Source: Candidatus Magasanikiibacteriota bacterium (GTDB taxonomy: Bacteria > Patescibacteriota > Patescibacteriia > Magasanikbacterales > UBA922). From it: a DNA stretch of 64,000 nucleotides. Positions 9,421 through 18,809 of the stretch are shown here, in pieces. Within the stretch, counting starts at the first letter, position 1; the number at the start of each line of letters is the position of its first letter. A program made the translations under genes and the position numbers. Location: positions 12,777 through 76,776 of the forward strand of contig JABIEQ010000002.1 in the NCBI GenBank assembly GCA_018651085.1, written 5' to 3'. The notes beneath the pieces were generated by a model. That model made no database searches, had not been told where the DNA came from, and saw only the letters and a list, made by a program, of their open reading frames with translations.

Positions 9421-11115
9421 ATGGAAAGCATTTTATCTATACAATTCACTTTTTTTGTTACTGCATTTGTTTCAAACATTCTTCTTGCTGTTGCTGTTTT
9501 TAAAAATCCTACACAAGGTGCAACACATCGTATTTTTGTGTGGCTTACTGTTGTTACATCGTTGTGGGTTTCAGTCATGTATATTTCAGTACAAGATTTT
9601 GCGTATCAATGGAGTCTTATTTTAATTCGTTTGTCTGTATTTTTGGCAGCTCCAATGAGTATGCTCTTTTTTTTATTTTCACATACGATACCTAATGTGA
9701 AAATTCAGTTATCTCGTTGGCGCTTACATTTGTGTTTTATTCTTACGGGAATTTCGATGTTGCTTGCGCTTTCTCCATTTACGTTTTCTGGGGTAGAGCA
9801 TATTGCCGGAGAACTTATCCCTATTCCTGGCCTTGGTTTACTTTTTTTTGTTGTGTTATCTACGGCCTTTAGTCTTAGTGCTACGCTTCTTCTTATTCGG
9901 AAGTTTCTTCATGAAAAAGGAAAGCCTCGGCGGCGTTTCCAACTTATTTTAACAGGTATTTTTTTAATGCTTGGTTTTGTCATTTGTACTATTTTAATTC
10001 CTGTTGTTTTTTTACAAAATAGTACTTTTGTTTCTTTTGCTCCGGTATATACATCATTTTTTCTGATTACGACAGGAATTGCAATTATTCGCTACCAGTT
10101 ATTTAACATTAAGGTTATTGCGACGGAGTCGTTAGTGATTGTCCTTGCTATTATTTTGTTTTTTGAAGGATTATTATCTGGTTCTTTTTTCCAATTGGCA
10201 TATAAATTTTTGTTCGCAGGACTCATTGTTCTTTTGGGTGCTTTTCTTATTAAAAGTGTTAAGCGTGAGATTCAAGAGCGAGAAGAAATTGCTCATTTAG
10301 CAAAATCATTAGAAAAAGCAAACATTCGTCTTCATGAACTTGATCGGCAAAAGACGGAATTTTTGTCTATTGCTTCTCATCAATTGCGTACACCGCTTTC
10401 TATTATTAAAGGGTATATTGAGCTTATTGAAGATGGAGTATATGGGAAAGTTACAAGAAAAATGAAAAAGGTACTTCATGATATGGATGACAGTAATGAA
10501 CGACTGGTTAAGCTTATTGATGAATTTCTTGATATTACACGTATTGAACAAGGACGGACGAAGTTTACTTTTGAAGATAAAGACATGAATGAGCTTATTA
10601 CAAGCGTTGTCCATGAATTAACACCAAAAGCAGATACAAAGAAGTTGAAACTTATTTGGAAACCAACAAAATCAGCATTAACGGTATGTATGGATGAAGA
10701 ACGAGTGCGTCATGTTGTTTTTAATTTTATTGATAATGCTATTAAGTATACAAATAAAGGAAAGGTCCGTGTTATGGTAGAAAAAGAGAAGGAAATAATC
10801 ATTGTGCGTGTACGAGATAGTGGTATTGGGTTTAACAAAGAAGATCAAGCAAGTTTTTTTCATAAGTTTTATCGAGGAGAAAATGTTAAAGGGACAAACA
10901 TTAATGGAACGGGGCTTGGTATTTATGTTGCTCGAAAATTTATTGAAAAGCATAAAGGGGAAGTTTGGGCTGTAAGTCCGGGACTTTCTAAAGGATCTGA
11001 ATTTGGTTTTTCTATACCAATTGCTAAAAAACAAGCAAAAAAGAAACAAGCGTTGGTTGACGACAGTGCTCAGTACGTTGTAAATCAATACGGTGGAAAA
11101 AAGAAAAAGAGGTAA
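9421..11115 (+). CDS. Sensor histidine kinase with multi-pass (7TM-like) membrane input domain
   Basis: About 280 aa hydrophobic N-terminus; SHQLRTPL H-box, NFIDNAIKY N-box, DSGIG, GTGLG. Confidence 0.93.
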   Translation: MESILSIQFTFFVTAFVSNILLAVAVFKNPTQGATHRIFVWLTVVTSLWVSVMYISVQDFAYQWSLILIRLSVFLAAPMSMLFFLFSHTIPNVKIQLSRWRLHLCFILTGISMLLALSPFTFSGVEHIAGELIPIPGLGLLFFVVLSTAFSLSATLLLIRKFLHEKGKPRRRFQLILTGIFLMLGFVICTILIPVVFLQNSTFVSFAPVYTSFFLITTGIAIIRYQLFNIKVIATESLVIVLAIILFFEGLLSGSFFQLAYKFLFAGLIVLLGAFLIKSVKREIQEREEIAHLAKSLEKANIRLHELDRQKTEFLSIASHQLRTPLSIIKGYIELIEDGVYGKVTRKMKKVLHDMDDSNERLVKLIDEFLDITRIEQGRTKFTFEDKDMNELITSVVHELTPKADTKKLKLIWKPTKSALTVCMDEERVRHVVFNFIDNAIKYTNKGKVRVMVEKEKEIIIVRVRDSGIGFNKEDQASFFHKFYRGENVKGTNINGTGLGIYVARKFIEKHKGEVWAVSPGLSKGSEFGFSIPIAKKQAKKKQALVDDSAQYVVNQYGGKKKKR

Positions 11116-11179
11116 ATCTTGTTTTTCTTTTTTGATTCTTGTACACTAATACTACTATATTACTATTTATTCTTTTTTT

Positions 11180-11683
11180 ATGTTTCAAAAACCATCTTCA
11201 GACATAGCACTTTCACAACGATCTTCTGACGGGACTCCTGATGACGTTGAAACCGTTGTTGGTCCATCTGTTCATGTTCAAGGAGATTTTGCCTCAGAAG
11301 GGAATATTCTTGTGAAGGGGAGTGTATCTGGAAATGTGAAGACCAGTCGACTTTTGACGGTGGAGGAAGGAGCGAGTATCATGGCTAATGTGAAAGCTGG
11401 GGAAGCATTGGTATCAGGTCAGATTCATGGTAATGTGACTGCCTCTACGACTGTTGAACTTACTGCAAGTGCTCGTATCGTTGGAGACATTAAGTGTGCA
11501 AACCTTGTTGTTGAAGCTGGTGCACTTATTTATGGGAAAGTAGCTATGGTTGGTCTCAAGGATCTTGTAGGAGAAAAAAGTGAAAAAAAAAGGACTAGTA
11601 GACGAAAAAAAACACGCACAAGCTTGCCTTCTGAAGCTCATGATGATGTGTCTTCTGAAGAAGACAATATGGGGGATGTATAG
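11180..11683 (+). CDS. Bactofilin (polymer-forming cytoskeletal protein)
   Basis: TVVGPSVHVQGD...LVVEAGA..GK beta-helix repeats. Confidence 0.9.
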   Translation: MFQKPSSDIALSQRSSDGTPDDVETVVGPSVHVQGDFASEGNILVKGSVSGNVKTSRLLTVEEGASIMANVKAGEALVSGQIHGNVTASTTVELTASARIVGDIKCANLVVEAGALIYGKVAMVGLKDLVGEKSEKKRTSRRKKTRTSLPSEAHDDVSSEEDNMGDV

Positions 11684-11720
11684 TACTGTTTAGTCCTTAG
11701 TCTTGCGAGATATATCATAT

Positions 11721-12482
11721 ATGTACGTCTATCTCTACGATAGCTTTTTAAAGCACAAAAAATACGATTCCTTAATTAAATCAATGGAAACCAGATTGAC
11801 AGATTTTGGCATCGCTGGTAAGATAATTCGACTTCAACATTTTACGAACACTCAAGCAATCATTGAAGAAGAAATTGCTCGAGGAGCAACGGCCATTGTG
11901 ATTGTAGGAAATGATAAAACGTTTGGACATGTATTGTCTCGTGCAGCATCGTCTTCAATTCTATTTGGTTTTTTACCTGTTGGCCAAGACAATTCTATTG
12001 CTTCGGTTCTTGGTATTCCCGTTGGTGTTGAATCTTGTGATGTGTTATCTCGAAGACGAAAGGTTGATCTTGATGTTGGTTGGTTTAACAATCGTTACTT
12101 TGTTTCTCAACTGCATATTCCTTTGGCTGATATTACGATTCAGTATGATGAAAAGTTTTCAGTGTCATCTAAAAATGGAGGATTAGAACTCGTTGTGTGT
12201 AATTTGCAACCGTTTGTGTGGAAAGAACGTGGTGGTAAAGAATATGTTGTTCATCCGCAAGACGGAAAACTTGAAGCATTTTTACGTCCACTTCTTCATA
12301 AAAGGTTGTTTAGTCACAAGTTTGAAGAACCGAGTATCTTTCCATTTGAAGAGATGATTGTAACGGGAACAAAACCGTTTGTGGTTTCTGCTGATGGGAA
12401 AGAATCTAAAGAAACGAAAATTACTATTCGTCTTGCAAAAAACAGAATACGGATGGTGGTTGGAAAGACTCGACAATTTTAA
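11721..12482 (+). CDS. Diacylglycerol kinase-like family protein
   Basis: IVGNDKT, FLPVG..NSIA..LGIP, LDVG, DGKLE, ADG motifs; start moved to MYVYLYD. Confidence 0.75.
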   Translation: MYVYLYDSFLKHKKYDSLIKSMETRLTDFGIAGKIIRLQHFTNTQAIIEEEIARGATAIVIVGNDKTFGHVLSRAASSSILFGFLPVGQDNSIASVLGIPVGVESCDVLSRRRKVDLDVGWFNNRYFVSQLHIPLADITIQYDEKFSVSSKNGGLELVVCNLQPFVWKERGGKEYVVHPQDGKLEAFLRPLLHKRLFSHKFEEPSIFPFEEMIVTGTKPFVVSADGKESKETKITIRLAKNRIRMVVGKTRQF

Positions 12483-12489
12483 AATATAT

Positions 12490-12574
12490 GCGCAGGTGGT
12501 GAAATTGGTAAACACGCTAGCTTGAGGGGCTAGTGCTCTTTTTGAGCTTGGAGGTTCAAGTCCTCTTCTGCGCA
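12490..12574 (+). tRNA. tRNA-Leu(GAG)
   Basis: Acceptor GCGCAGG/TCTGCGC, anticodon arm CTAGC-TTGAGGG-GCTAG, long variable arm, GTTCAAGTC T-loop; CCA not encoded. Confidence 0.95.
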
Positions 12575-12579
12575 CTTTG

Positions 12580-12606
12580 AAAGATCGACCGTTGGTCGAT
12601 CTTTTT
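12580..12606 (+). terminator. Intrinsic terminator after tRNA-Leu
   Basis: AAAGATCGACC-GTT-GGTCGATCTTT followed by T-run. Confidence 0.8.
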
Positions 12607-12764
12607 GTTTTGAGGATAGTTGCTTTGAAGAACGTTGTGGAGTATGATTTGGGGGAAGGTAAAGTGTGGATAGTAAAAGTAAAAATTCTTGATATTACTG
12701 GTTTTTGATCAGGGATTGCTCTTCTTATTTTGAATAAATTAAAAAGTTAAGTTAACAATAAATT

Positions 12765-13382
12765 ATGTTGCCCTTAGACATCAAAGAGGAGTTTGTAAAA
12801 ATTTGGGACATGGCATTGCCGTATCAAGATAAAAGAGATGACAAAGGACATGCTAGAATTGTGACCGAGTATGCTATAAAACTTTGTAGTATTGAAAATG
12901 CAGAGGATAAAATTGTTGTTCCCGCTGCTATTTTGCATGATATTGGTTGGAGTCAACTTTCAAAGAAAGATCGGTTTGTTATATTTAGGCCAGATAAGAC
13001 GCCTGAAATGGAATATGCGGTGCGTATAAAGCATCAGGATGAGGGAGTTAAGTTGGCTGAGAAAATATTAAATAAAGTAGGTTATCCTTCTATTTTTTTA
13101 AAATCAATTTTAGAAATTATTTCGCAACATGATACAAGGAAAAATTTTCTTTCAAACGAAGATGGCGCTATGCGTGATGCTGATAAATTATGGCGATATA
13201 CAAAAGTTGGTTTTGATGCAGATCTGAGGTCTCGAGAATGTTCATTTGAATTTTATTATAAAAGGTTGGAAGATTTTATTGGTAAAGAAAACTTTTTCTA
13301 TTTTGATTCAGCAAGAGATATTGCTATGAAGGAATTAATGGATAGAAAAGAAGATTGTTCTGATAGGATTGATATTATGTAA
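12765..13382 (+). CDS. HD-domain phosphohydrolase
   Basis: GHARIV, AAILHDIG, HD, DADKL. Confidence 0.85.
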   Translation: MLPLDIKEEFVKIWDMALPYQDKRDDKGHARIVTEYAIKLCSIENAEDKIVVPAAILHDIGWSQLSKKDRFVIFRPDKTPEMEYAVRIKHQDEGVKLAEKILNKVGYPSIFLKSILEIISQHDTRKNFLSNEDGAMRDADKLWRYTKVGFDADLRSRECSFEFYYKRLEDFIGKENFFYFDSARDIAMKELMDRKEDCSDRIDIM

Positions 13383-13514
13383 TACAATTTAACCTCTAAA
13401 TTTGCCCATTTATTTTATATATAGGGTATTTTTGTGTTATTTGTAATACATAGAAGTTTACACGATAGCACAATGTTATGGTGTTTTTTTATTGTATAGA
13501 GGGCCTCTTTGTAC

Positions 13515-13742
13515 TTGACATATTGCTCATTTTTTGTTATGGTCTCCTGTTGTGATTTGATGAGTTTTTTCGATTTTATCAATCAGTTTTTGTATAAATG
13601 AAAATTGATTGGTGAAATCGAAAGTAAAAGCTATGGCCCGGCCTCACAATCGTGTGAGGTGTCGGCATCCTGAATGGACAGGATGGCTCTGATTGTATCA
13701 GAGTGGAGCCACACTGGCTTATAGAAAGAGAAAGAGGTACAT
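13515..13742 (+). promoter_or_regulatory. Promoter plus highly structured 5' UTR (cassette A)
   Basis: TTGACA-17-TATGGT; 24-bp stem 13568-13591/13600-13623; four further hairpins; SD AAAGAGG. Confidence 0.7.
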
Positions 13743-14285
13743 ATGTCTCAAGATGAAGAGATCATCTTGACGTGGACCCCAACGGATAAGAACGCTGTGA
13801 TCACGATCAACAGCTTTCCCTTCCCTGACGGAGAAGCTCTGGAGCTGCGGGGGGTGTCTCGAAGGGGGTATCACCTTTTCTTGCCGGAAAAATCTGGCGG
13901 CGAGCTCCCAAAGATCGAGAAGGCCTTCGGCCTCTGGGCAGGCCAGATCATGGCCAAGGTGGAGCGCCGAATCGTGGTTGCGTTTGAGAGAACGCGAATT
14001 GAAGAACACGATGGATTTTATTTCATCGTTCCTCTTCGCCATGATCTGGTGTCAGCAGACACCGACGGGGACACTCTTCACGAGTTCCCTTTCGACCACA
14101 CCGTCTTCACCGCTCGTTCACAGCTCGGGACGTACCATTTTCGGATGGACATTCCCGACGGGAACGTGGAAGATGTTCGGCAGTCATTGATTGCTTGGGC
14201 CGAAGGTCTCGAGTTCGTGTACCTTTATTGGGACGAACTCGTTGCAACCGATGACCCGAAGCACACCCTCCGCATCTCCCTTTGA
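13743..14285 (+). CDS. Hypothetical protein, GC-richer orphan (cassette A)
   Basis: 180 aa ORF with SD and dedicated promoter; no family recognised. Confidence 0.75.
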   Translation: MSQDEEIILTWTPTDKNAVITINSFPFPDGEALELRGVSRRGYHLFLPEKSGGELPKIEKAFGLWAGQIMAKVERRIVVAFERTRIEEHDGFYFIVPLRHDLVSADTDGDTLHEFPFDHTVFTARSQLGTYHFRMDIPDGNVEDVRQSLIAWAEGLEFVYLYWDELVATDDPKHTLRISL

Positions 14286-14458
14286 GTCGTCTAGACTTCC
14301 TCGCGAGCTCTCGCGTATACCTGAGCCGGCGCTTCGTATGTCTGTTAGATACGATTGGCTTCTGTCGAGCTGCCATACTAAATGCTCGACACTTCCCTTA
14401 TCACATTCTTTAATCGAAGGATGTGATATAGAAGAATGCTATTCACTCTATTGAATTT

Positions 14459-14489
14459 AAAAATGATCTTCATATGAAGATCATTTTTT
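14459..14489. terminator. Bidirectional intrinsic terminator
   Basis: AAAAATGATCTTCATATGAAGATCATTTTTT palindrome between convergent genes. Confidence 0.8.
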
Positions 14490-14510
14490 GTTATTCTTTT
14501 TGTACGTGTA

Positions 14511-15236
14511 TTAAAAGAAGATTATGTTAATCAAAGAAACAGTAATAACTGTTTGAATAAAACTTTTCCAATGGTTTCCTTTTGGAAACATGAAAATGTG
14601 TTGCATACGTACTGGAAGATAGAATGCTCCTAGAAGGATGGTGGTCCCTATGAGGTTTGTAAGAATGTCTGACTCATTAATAGTATAAAATTGATTGGTT
14701 ACAATAGAAAAAAGAATTGCAGATTGTAATATAAGAACTATGGTAGCGATTATATTTTTATAGGAAACCATTGGTGTTTCTTTTTTTGTTTTTGACCGAA
14801 GTGCAATGGTATAAAATAATGGAATACAACTTATAGTAAAAGCAATAAGAATAAAAAATAGGATGCCTCCAAAAAAGGTGTGATAAAATATATCAATAAT
14901 GTTTGGAATATATAATGTTACGATATTTTGTATGACGTAATGGAAAAAAATGAATGCCATGATCATTGGTCCACCAAGATACATCGTGAACATCGTAAGA
15001 AGTGGGTACTCTTTGGTAATTTTTTGCACTCCTTTTTGGTAGTGTGGTGTAAAGGCTAATAGTATGATTGTAATAATAAAAAGGATGGTACTGATTCCTG
15101 GCCAAAAAGAAGTTGTTGGTAAAATAGCTTCTCGTATATAAGGGATTTGTATAATACCTGCAATTCCAATCGCTAAAAGATCAAATAAGTGGAAACGAAT
15201 CCAACTATCTTCGAATATGTCTGTTTCTCTACTCAT
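14511..15236 (-). CDS. Hypothetical multi-pass membrane protein
   Basis: 241 aa with about 7 hydrophobic segments. Confidence 0.75.
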   Translation of the reverse strand: MSRETDIFEDSWIRFHLFDLLAIGIAGIIQIPYIREAILPTTSFWPGISTILFIITIILLAFTPHYQKGVQKITKEYPLLTMFTMYLGGPMIMAFIFFHYVIQNIVTLYIPNIIDIFYHTFFGGILFFILIAFTISCIPLFYTIALRSKTKKETPMVSYKNIIATIVLILQSAILFSIVTNQFYTINESDILTNLIGTTILLGAFYLPVRMQHIFMFPKGNHWKSFIQTVITVSLINIIFF

Positions 15237-15386
15237 ATTGAATGAAAAAAAGGTATATAAGCGTATATAAAGAGTATAGCATAGTATAATGTTGCAGATT
15301 TATCTTGCTTTCTATATGATAGGAGGACCTTGAATAGTTTTCTTTTCTATGATAAACACTCTATGGGAGTGCATAGAGGAGGGCGT

Positions 15387-15587
15387 ATGTCAGTTTTTGG
15401 TTTGCTTACCGCTTTGGGCGGGTTACTCAAGAAAGGTGGGCTGTCGTGGTTCATCATTGATAGTTTCTTGTGGGCAATCAGATTGTCCCTTCAGACAGTG
15501 AAGTATTTGACGGGGAGTATTTCTCGACGTCTTTTTACCCTGGTCTGGAGGTCGACCGTTGCGTTTTCAGGAATGCCTTATCATTAG
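15387..15587 (+). CDS. Small amphipathic/hydrophobic protein, 66 aa (cassette B; type I toxin- or bacteriocin-like)
   Basis: SD GAGGAGG upstream; promoter TTGCAG-17-TATGAT at 15292-15320; sequence MSVFGLLTALGGLLKKGGLSWF... Confidence 0.6.
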   Translation: MSVFGLLTALGGLLKKGGLSWFIIDSFLWAIRLSLQTVKYLTGSISRRLFTLVWRSTVAFSGMPYH

Positions 15588-15679
15588 GTGTCTTCCTGAG
15601 TGACAAAAACCCCCGGAGAGATGTTGTGCACTCCACGCCTCTCCACTCGTATTTTAGTATATTAATTTTATTTATTTGT

Positions 15680-16840
15680 ATGTCTGTATTTCGTCGTCCG
15701 TTTTTTTGGTTTATCGTTGGAATCGTGGTTATTGTTGTTGGGGCAATTGGATACTCACAAATTGGTGGGGGAGCTGATCAATTAACACAGATTGTAAGTG
15801 AGGATTGGTCAAAAGGACCTCAAGATGCCCCTGTTACAATTGTAGAATATGGTGATTTTCAATGTCCGGCTTGTGCATCGTACTCTGCTTTAATGCAAAG
15901 TGTGCATGAAGAATTTCCAGATGAAGTACAAATTGTTTTTCGTCATTTTCCTCTTCAACAACATCAACATGCTCGTATTGCAGCGTTTGCTGCTGAAGCA
16001 GCTGGGCAACAAGAAAGATTTTTTGAAATGCATGATATGCTTTTTGAACGACAACGAAGTTGGTCAGGAGCAGTTGATCCACGAGAATTGTTTATTTCTT
16101 ATGGAGAGGAACTTGGTTTGAATCGTGATACGTTTATTAAAGATATGGATGCTCGTTCATCTCGACAAAAAGTAGATAAAGATTTTCAAGGGGGAACAGC
16201 GTTAGGTGTTAATTCTACTCCAACCTTCTTTTTAAATGGAGAAAAAATTAAGAACCCATCAGGCTCAGAAGAATTTTCTCTTTTAATTCGAGCTGCACTT
16301 ATTAATGTTGCTGTGTCTGTTGATTCTTCTGAAGGTGAAGAAGTACACGAACATGCTGATTTGAAAATGTATATTAATGGGAATAGTATTGATTTTACTC
16401 AAGAGAAGTATCAATCTAGTGAAGAAAATCCACGTCATGAATACACGCATCTTCATGACGGAAATGGAGATGTGCTTCATAAGCATTTTTCAGCTGTGAC
16501 GCTTGGAGACTTTTTTGAATCTATTGGTATGAGTCTTTCTTCAAGTTGTCTTACTGTTGATACTGGTGAAGAATACTGTACAAACGGACAAAGTAGTTTG
16601 AAGTTTTTTGTAAATGGAGAAGCACGTGGTTCATTACATACATATAGTATTCAAGACCTTGATCAGGTGCTTATTAGTTATGGATCTCCTCATGAAGATG
16701 TCACTGCTCAAATTGCATCAGTGAGTGATGATTCGTGTATTTATTCTGAAGTGTGTCCTGAACGAGGGACGCCCCCTGAAGAATCTTGTGTTGGTGGATT
16801 AGGTACTAGTTGTGGTACTGATCATCCGCATGATGAGTAA
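15680..16840 (+). CDS. DsbA/thioredoxin-fold protein with His/Cys-rich C-terminal domain
   Basis: N-terminal TM anchor, EYGDFQCPAC, FRHFPL, GVNSTPTFF; start moved to MSVFRR. Confidence 0.88.
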   Translation: MSVFRRPFFWFIVGIVVIVVGAIGYSQIGGGADQLTQIVSEDWSKGPQDAPVTIVEYGDFQCPACASYSALMQSVHEEFPDEVQIVFRHFPLQQHQHARIAAFAAEAAGQQERFFEMHDMLFERQRSWSGAVDPRELFISYGEELGLNRDTFIKDMDARSSRQKVDKDFQGGTALGVNSTPTFFLNGEKIKNPSGSEEFSLLIRAALINVAVSVDSSEGEEVHEHADLKMYINGNSIDFTQEKYQSSEENPRHEYTHLHDGNGDVLHKHFSAVTLGDFFESIGMSLSSSCLTVDTGEEYCTNGQSSLKFFVNGEARGSLHTYSIQDLDQVLISYGSPHEDVTAQIASVSDDSCIYSEVCPERGTPPEESCVGGLGTSCGTDHPHDE

Positions 16841-16858
16841 TATTTATTTAACGAAATA

Positions 16859-16891
16859 AAAAACACCGCATACTGTATGCGGTGTTTTTTT
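16859..16891. terminator. Bidirectional terminator (DsbA gene / RNase P RNA)
   Basis: AAAAACACCGCATAC-T-GTATGCGGTGTTTTT. Confidence 0.8.
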
Positions 16892-17296
16892 GTCTTATCT
16901 ATATTGTAAGCCGAATTCTGTTTCCACTAAAAGTGGAGATGATCATTTCTCTAGATCCATTGTTACCAATGGTCTTAAACGAGCTACCTTTTCGAACGCA
17001 CATAATTGCGAACGCTGCTCTTTCTCCAGGTAGGGTTTACCACGTATTCCTGTTGCCAGGATACGAGCGTTGTAGCCTTTTATCTCGAGAGTAAAAAACA
17101 TCAACGCACTTTTCACCTTTTTTTATCCAAAGAATGGATAAGTAGTATTGTCTCTGTGGCACTTTCCCGCGCATAGTGTTGCCACTATACGGGTGGGTGT
17201 TACCCACTACCATGACATATCCCGAAGGATATGGGAGTTCGGACTTTCCTCACCACCCCTTAATGGGAGGGTGCGATCATCGCATGTAGATAAGAC
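16892..17296 (-). ncRNA. rnpB: RNase P RNA
   Basis: Minus strand contains GAGGAAAGTCCG, AAGTGCCACAGA and AACAGAATTCGGCTTA; P1 GTCTTATCTA/TAGATAAGAC; TTGACA promoter upstream (17326-17331). Confidence 0.95.
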
Positions 17297-17386
17297 TGAC
17301 ATAATATAGCTTATTTTAGCTCTTTTGTCAAGTTGCTAAACTCCCTTTTTTGGGCTATGATAGAGGTGTTTTTAATACTATACCTT

Positions 17387-18805
17387 ATGAAGCGTTCAGA
17401 AATGCTTCTCATGATTGCGACTGTTCCTGTGGATTTCCTTATGCTCATGTTTGCGGCAGTTTGTTCGTATCAGCTTCGATTTACTGATTGGGCCTTATCT
17501 CTTCGGGCCGTGACATTCGAACTTTCTTTTTCTTCGTTTATACATCTTTCTATTTGGGTGGCGTTATTGTGGTTAGTTATTTTTGCTAGTTTGAAATTAT
17601 ATACACCAGACGCTAACCGTAAACTAGCGAATGATTTTGTGCGGGTTATCACTGGTTGTTTTATTGGTCTTGGTATTGTTGCTATTTACGTTATGTTTAC
17701 GCAACAATTATTTGATTCTCGTTTTCTTGTCATTACAAGTTTTATTTTCTCTGTAGTGTTTGTCCTTTTAGGACGGTTAGTTATGCGGGGGGTAAAATCA
17801 GTGTTATATCGTATGGGCGTTGGGCTTCGTCGGGTGGTTCTTATTGGTGAGGATGCTTCTATTAAAGATATATCTATTGAATTAAATACAAGAAGAGAGT
17901 TGGGATATCGTGTGATAGGAACATTTTCTTCGTTTAGTAAGGCTGTTGAAAAAAAGCTTCTTGATGTATCTACTGATGAAGTAATTTTTGTTCGTCCTAG
18001 ATTTGATGATGAGGCACTTATTTCAGCTATCTCTTTTTGTCACGAGCATCATATTACATTTAAGTATGCAGCAGATTTATTTTCGTCATATGCAAGCCAT
18101 GTGACAGTGCATCCGTTAGCTGGGGTTCCTATTGTTGAACTTAGACGAACACCGCTTGAAGGGTGGGGGCGTGTGGCAAAGCGATTATTTGATATCATTG
18201 TCAGTATTTGCGTATTAGTGTTGTTTTCTCCACTGTATGTATTACTGATTTTTTTGGTTTTTATTGATAGTGGTCGCCCTATTATTTATAAAAATGCTCG
18301 GGTTGGGGTTCGTGGAGCATTGTTTACTGCATATAAGTTCCGATCAATGTATCAAAAGGACTGTACAGGGCCTCAATTTGGAGTTTCAGGCAAAAAAGCA
18401 CTTAAAAAGGAAGAGGAACTCATTGAAAAACAAAATACCCGTGTAGGGCCCATTTATAAGGTTGGGAATGATCCTCGAGTGACTTCGTTTGGCAGGGTCC
18501 TTCGACGTATTAGTCTTGATGAGTTTCCACAGTTTGTGAATGTGCTAAAAGGAGATATGAGTATTGTTGGGCCCCGGCCTCATCAGCCTCGTGAGGTATC
18601 TGGATATATTGAAGAACATAAAAAAGTGTTTACGGTAAAGCCAGGTATCACAGGTCTTTCTCAAATTTCTGGACGAAGTGATTTACTTTATGACGATGAG
18701 GTTCGTCTAGATGTATTTTATATTGAACACTGGAGTTTATTGCTTGATCTTATTATTCTTGTTAAAACCCCATTTATTTTGTTTAGACGCCGACGGGCAT
18801 TGTAA
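17387..18805 (+). CDS. Polyprenyl-phosphate sugar transferase (WcaJ/WbaP-like)
   Basis: N-terminal TMs; [32 protein letters not shown]. Confidence 0.93.
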   Translation: MKRSEMLLMIATVPVDFLMLMFAAVCSYQLRFTDWALSLRAVTFELSFSSFIHLSIWVALLWLVIFASLKLYTPDANRKLANDFVRVITGCFIGLGIVAIYVMFTQQLFDSRFLVITSFIFSVVFVLLGRLVMRGVKSVLYRMGVGLRRVVLIGEDASIKDISIELNTRRELGYRVIGTFSSFSKAVEKKLLDVSTDEVIFVRPRFDDEALISAISFCHEHHITFKYAADLFSSYASHVTVHPLAGVPIVELRRTPLEGWGRVAKRLFDIIVSICVLVLFSPLYVLLIFLVFIDSGRPIIYKNARVGVRGALFTAYKFRSMYQKDCTGPQFGVSGKKALKKEEELIEKQNTRVGPIYKVGNDPRVTSFGRVLRRISLDEFPQFVNVLKGDMSIVGPRPHQPREVSGYIEEHKKVFTVKPGITGLSQISGRSDLLYDDEVRLDVFYIEHWSLLLDLIILVKTPFILFRRRRAL

Positions 18806-18809
18806 GTAT

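Noticed and set aside
12490-15650. Prophage or integrative element at tRNA-Leu
   Set aside because: No integrase, phage genes or duplicated att core seen; retained only as a weak variable-region finding.
15470-15679. N-terminal extension of the DsbA ORF (likewise the extended starts of rnc, rpmE, uvrD and the O-antigen ligase)
   Set aside because: The extensions run through other features, promoters or UTRs; downstream ATGs match family N-termini.
16882-17094. 70-aa ORF in the track
   Set aside because: Antisense to RNase P RNA; spurious.
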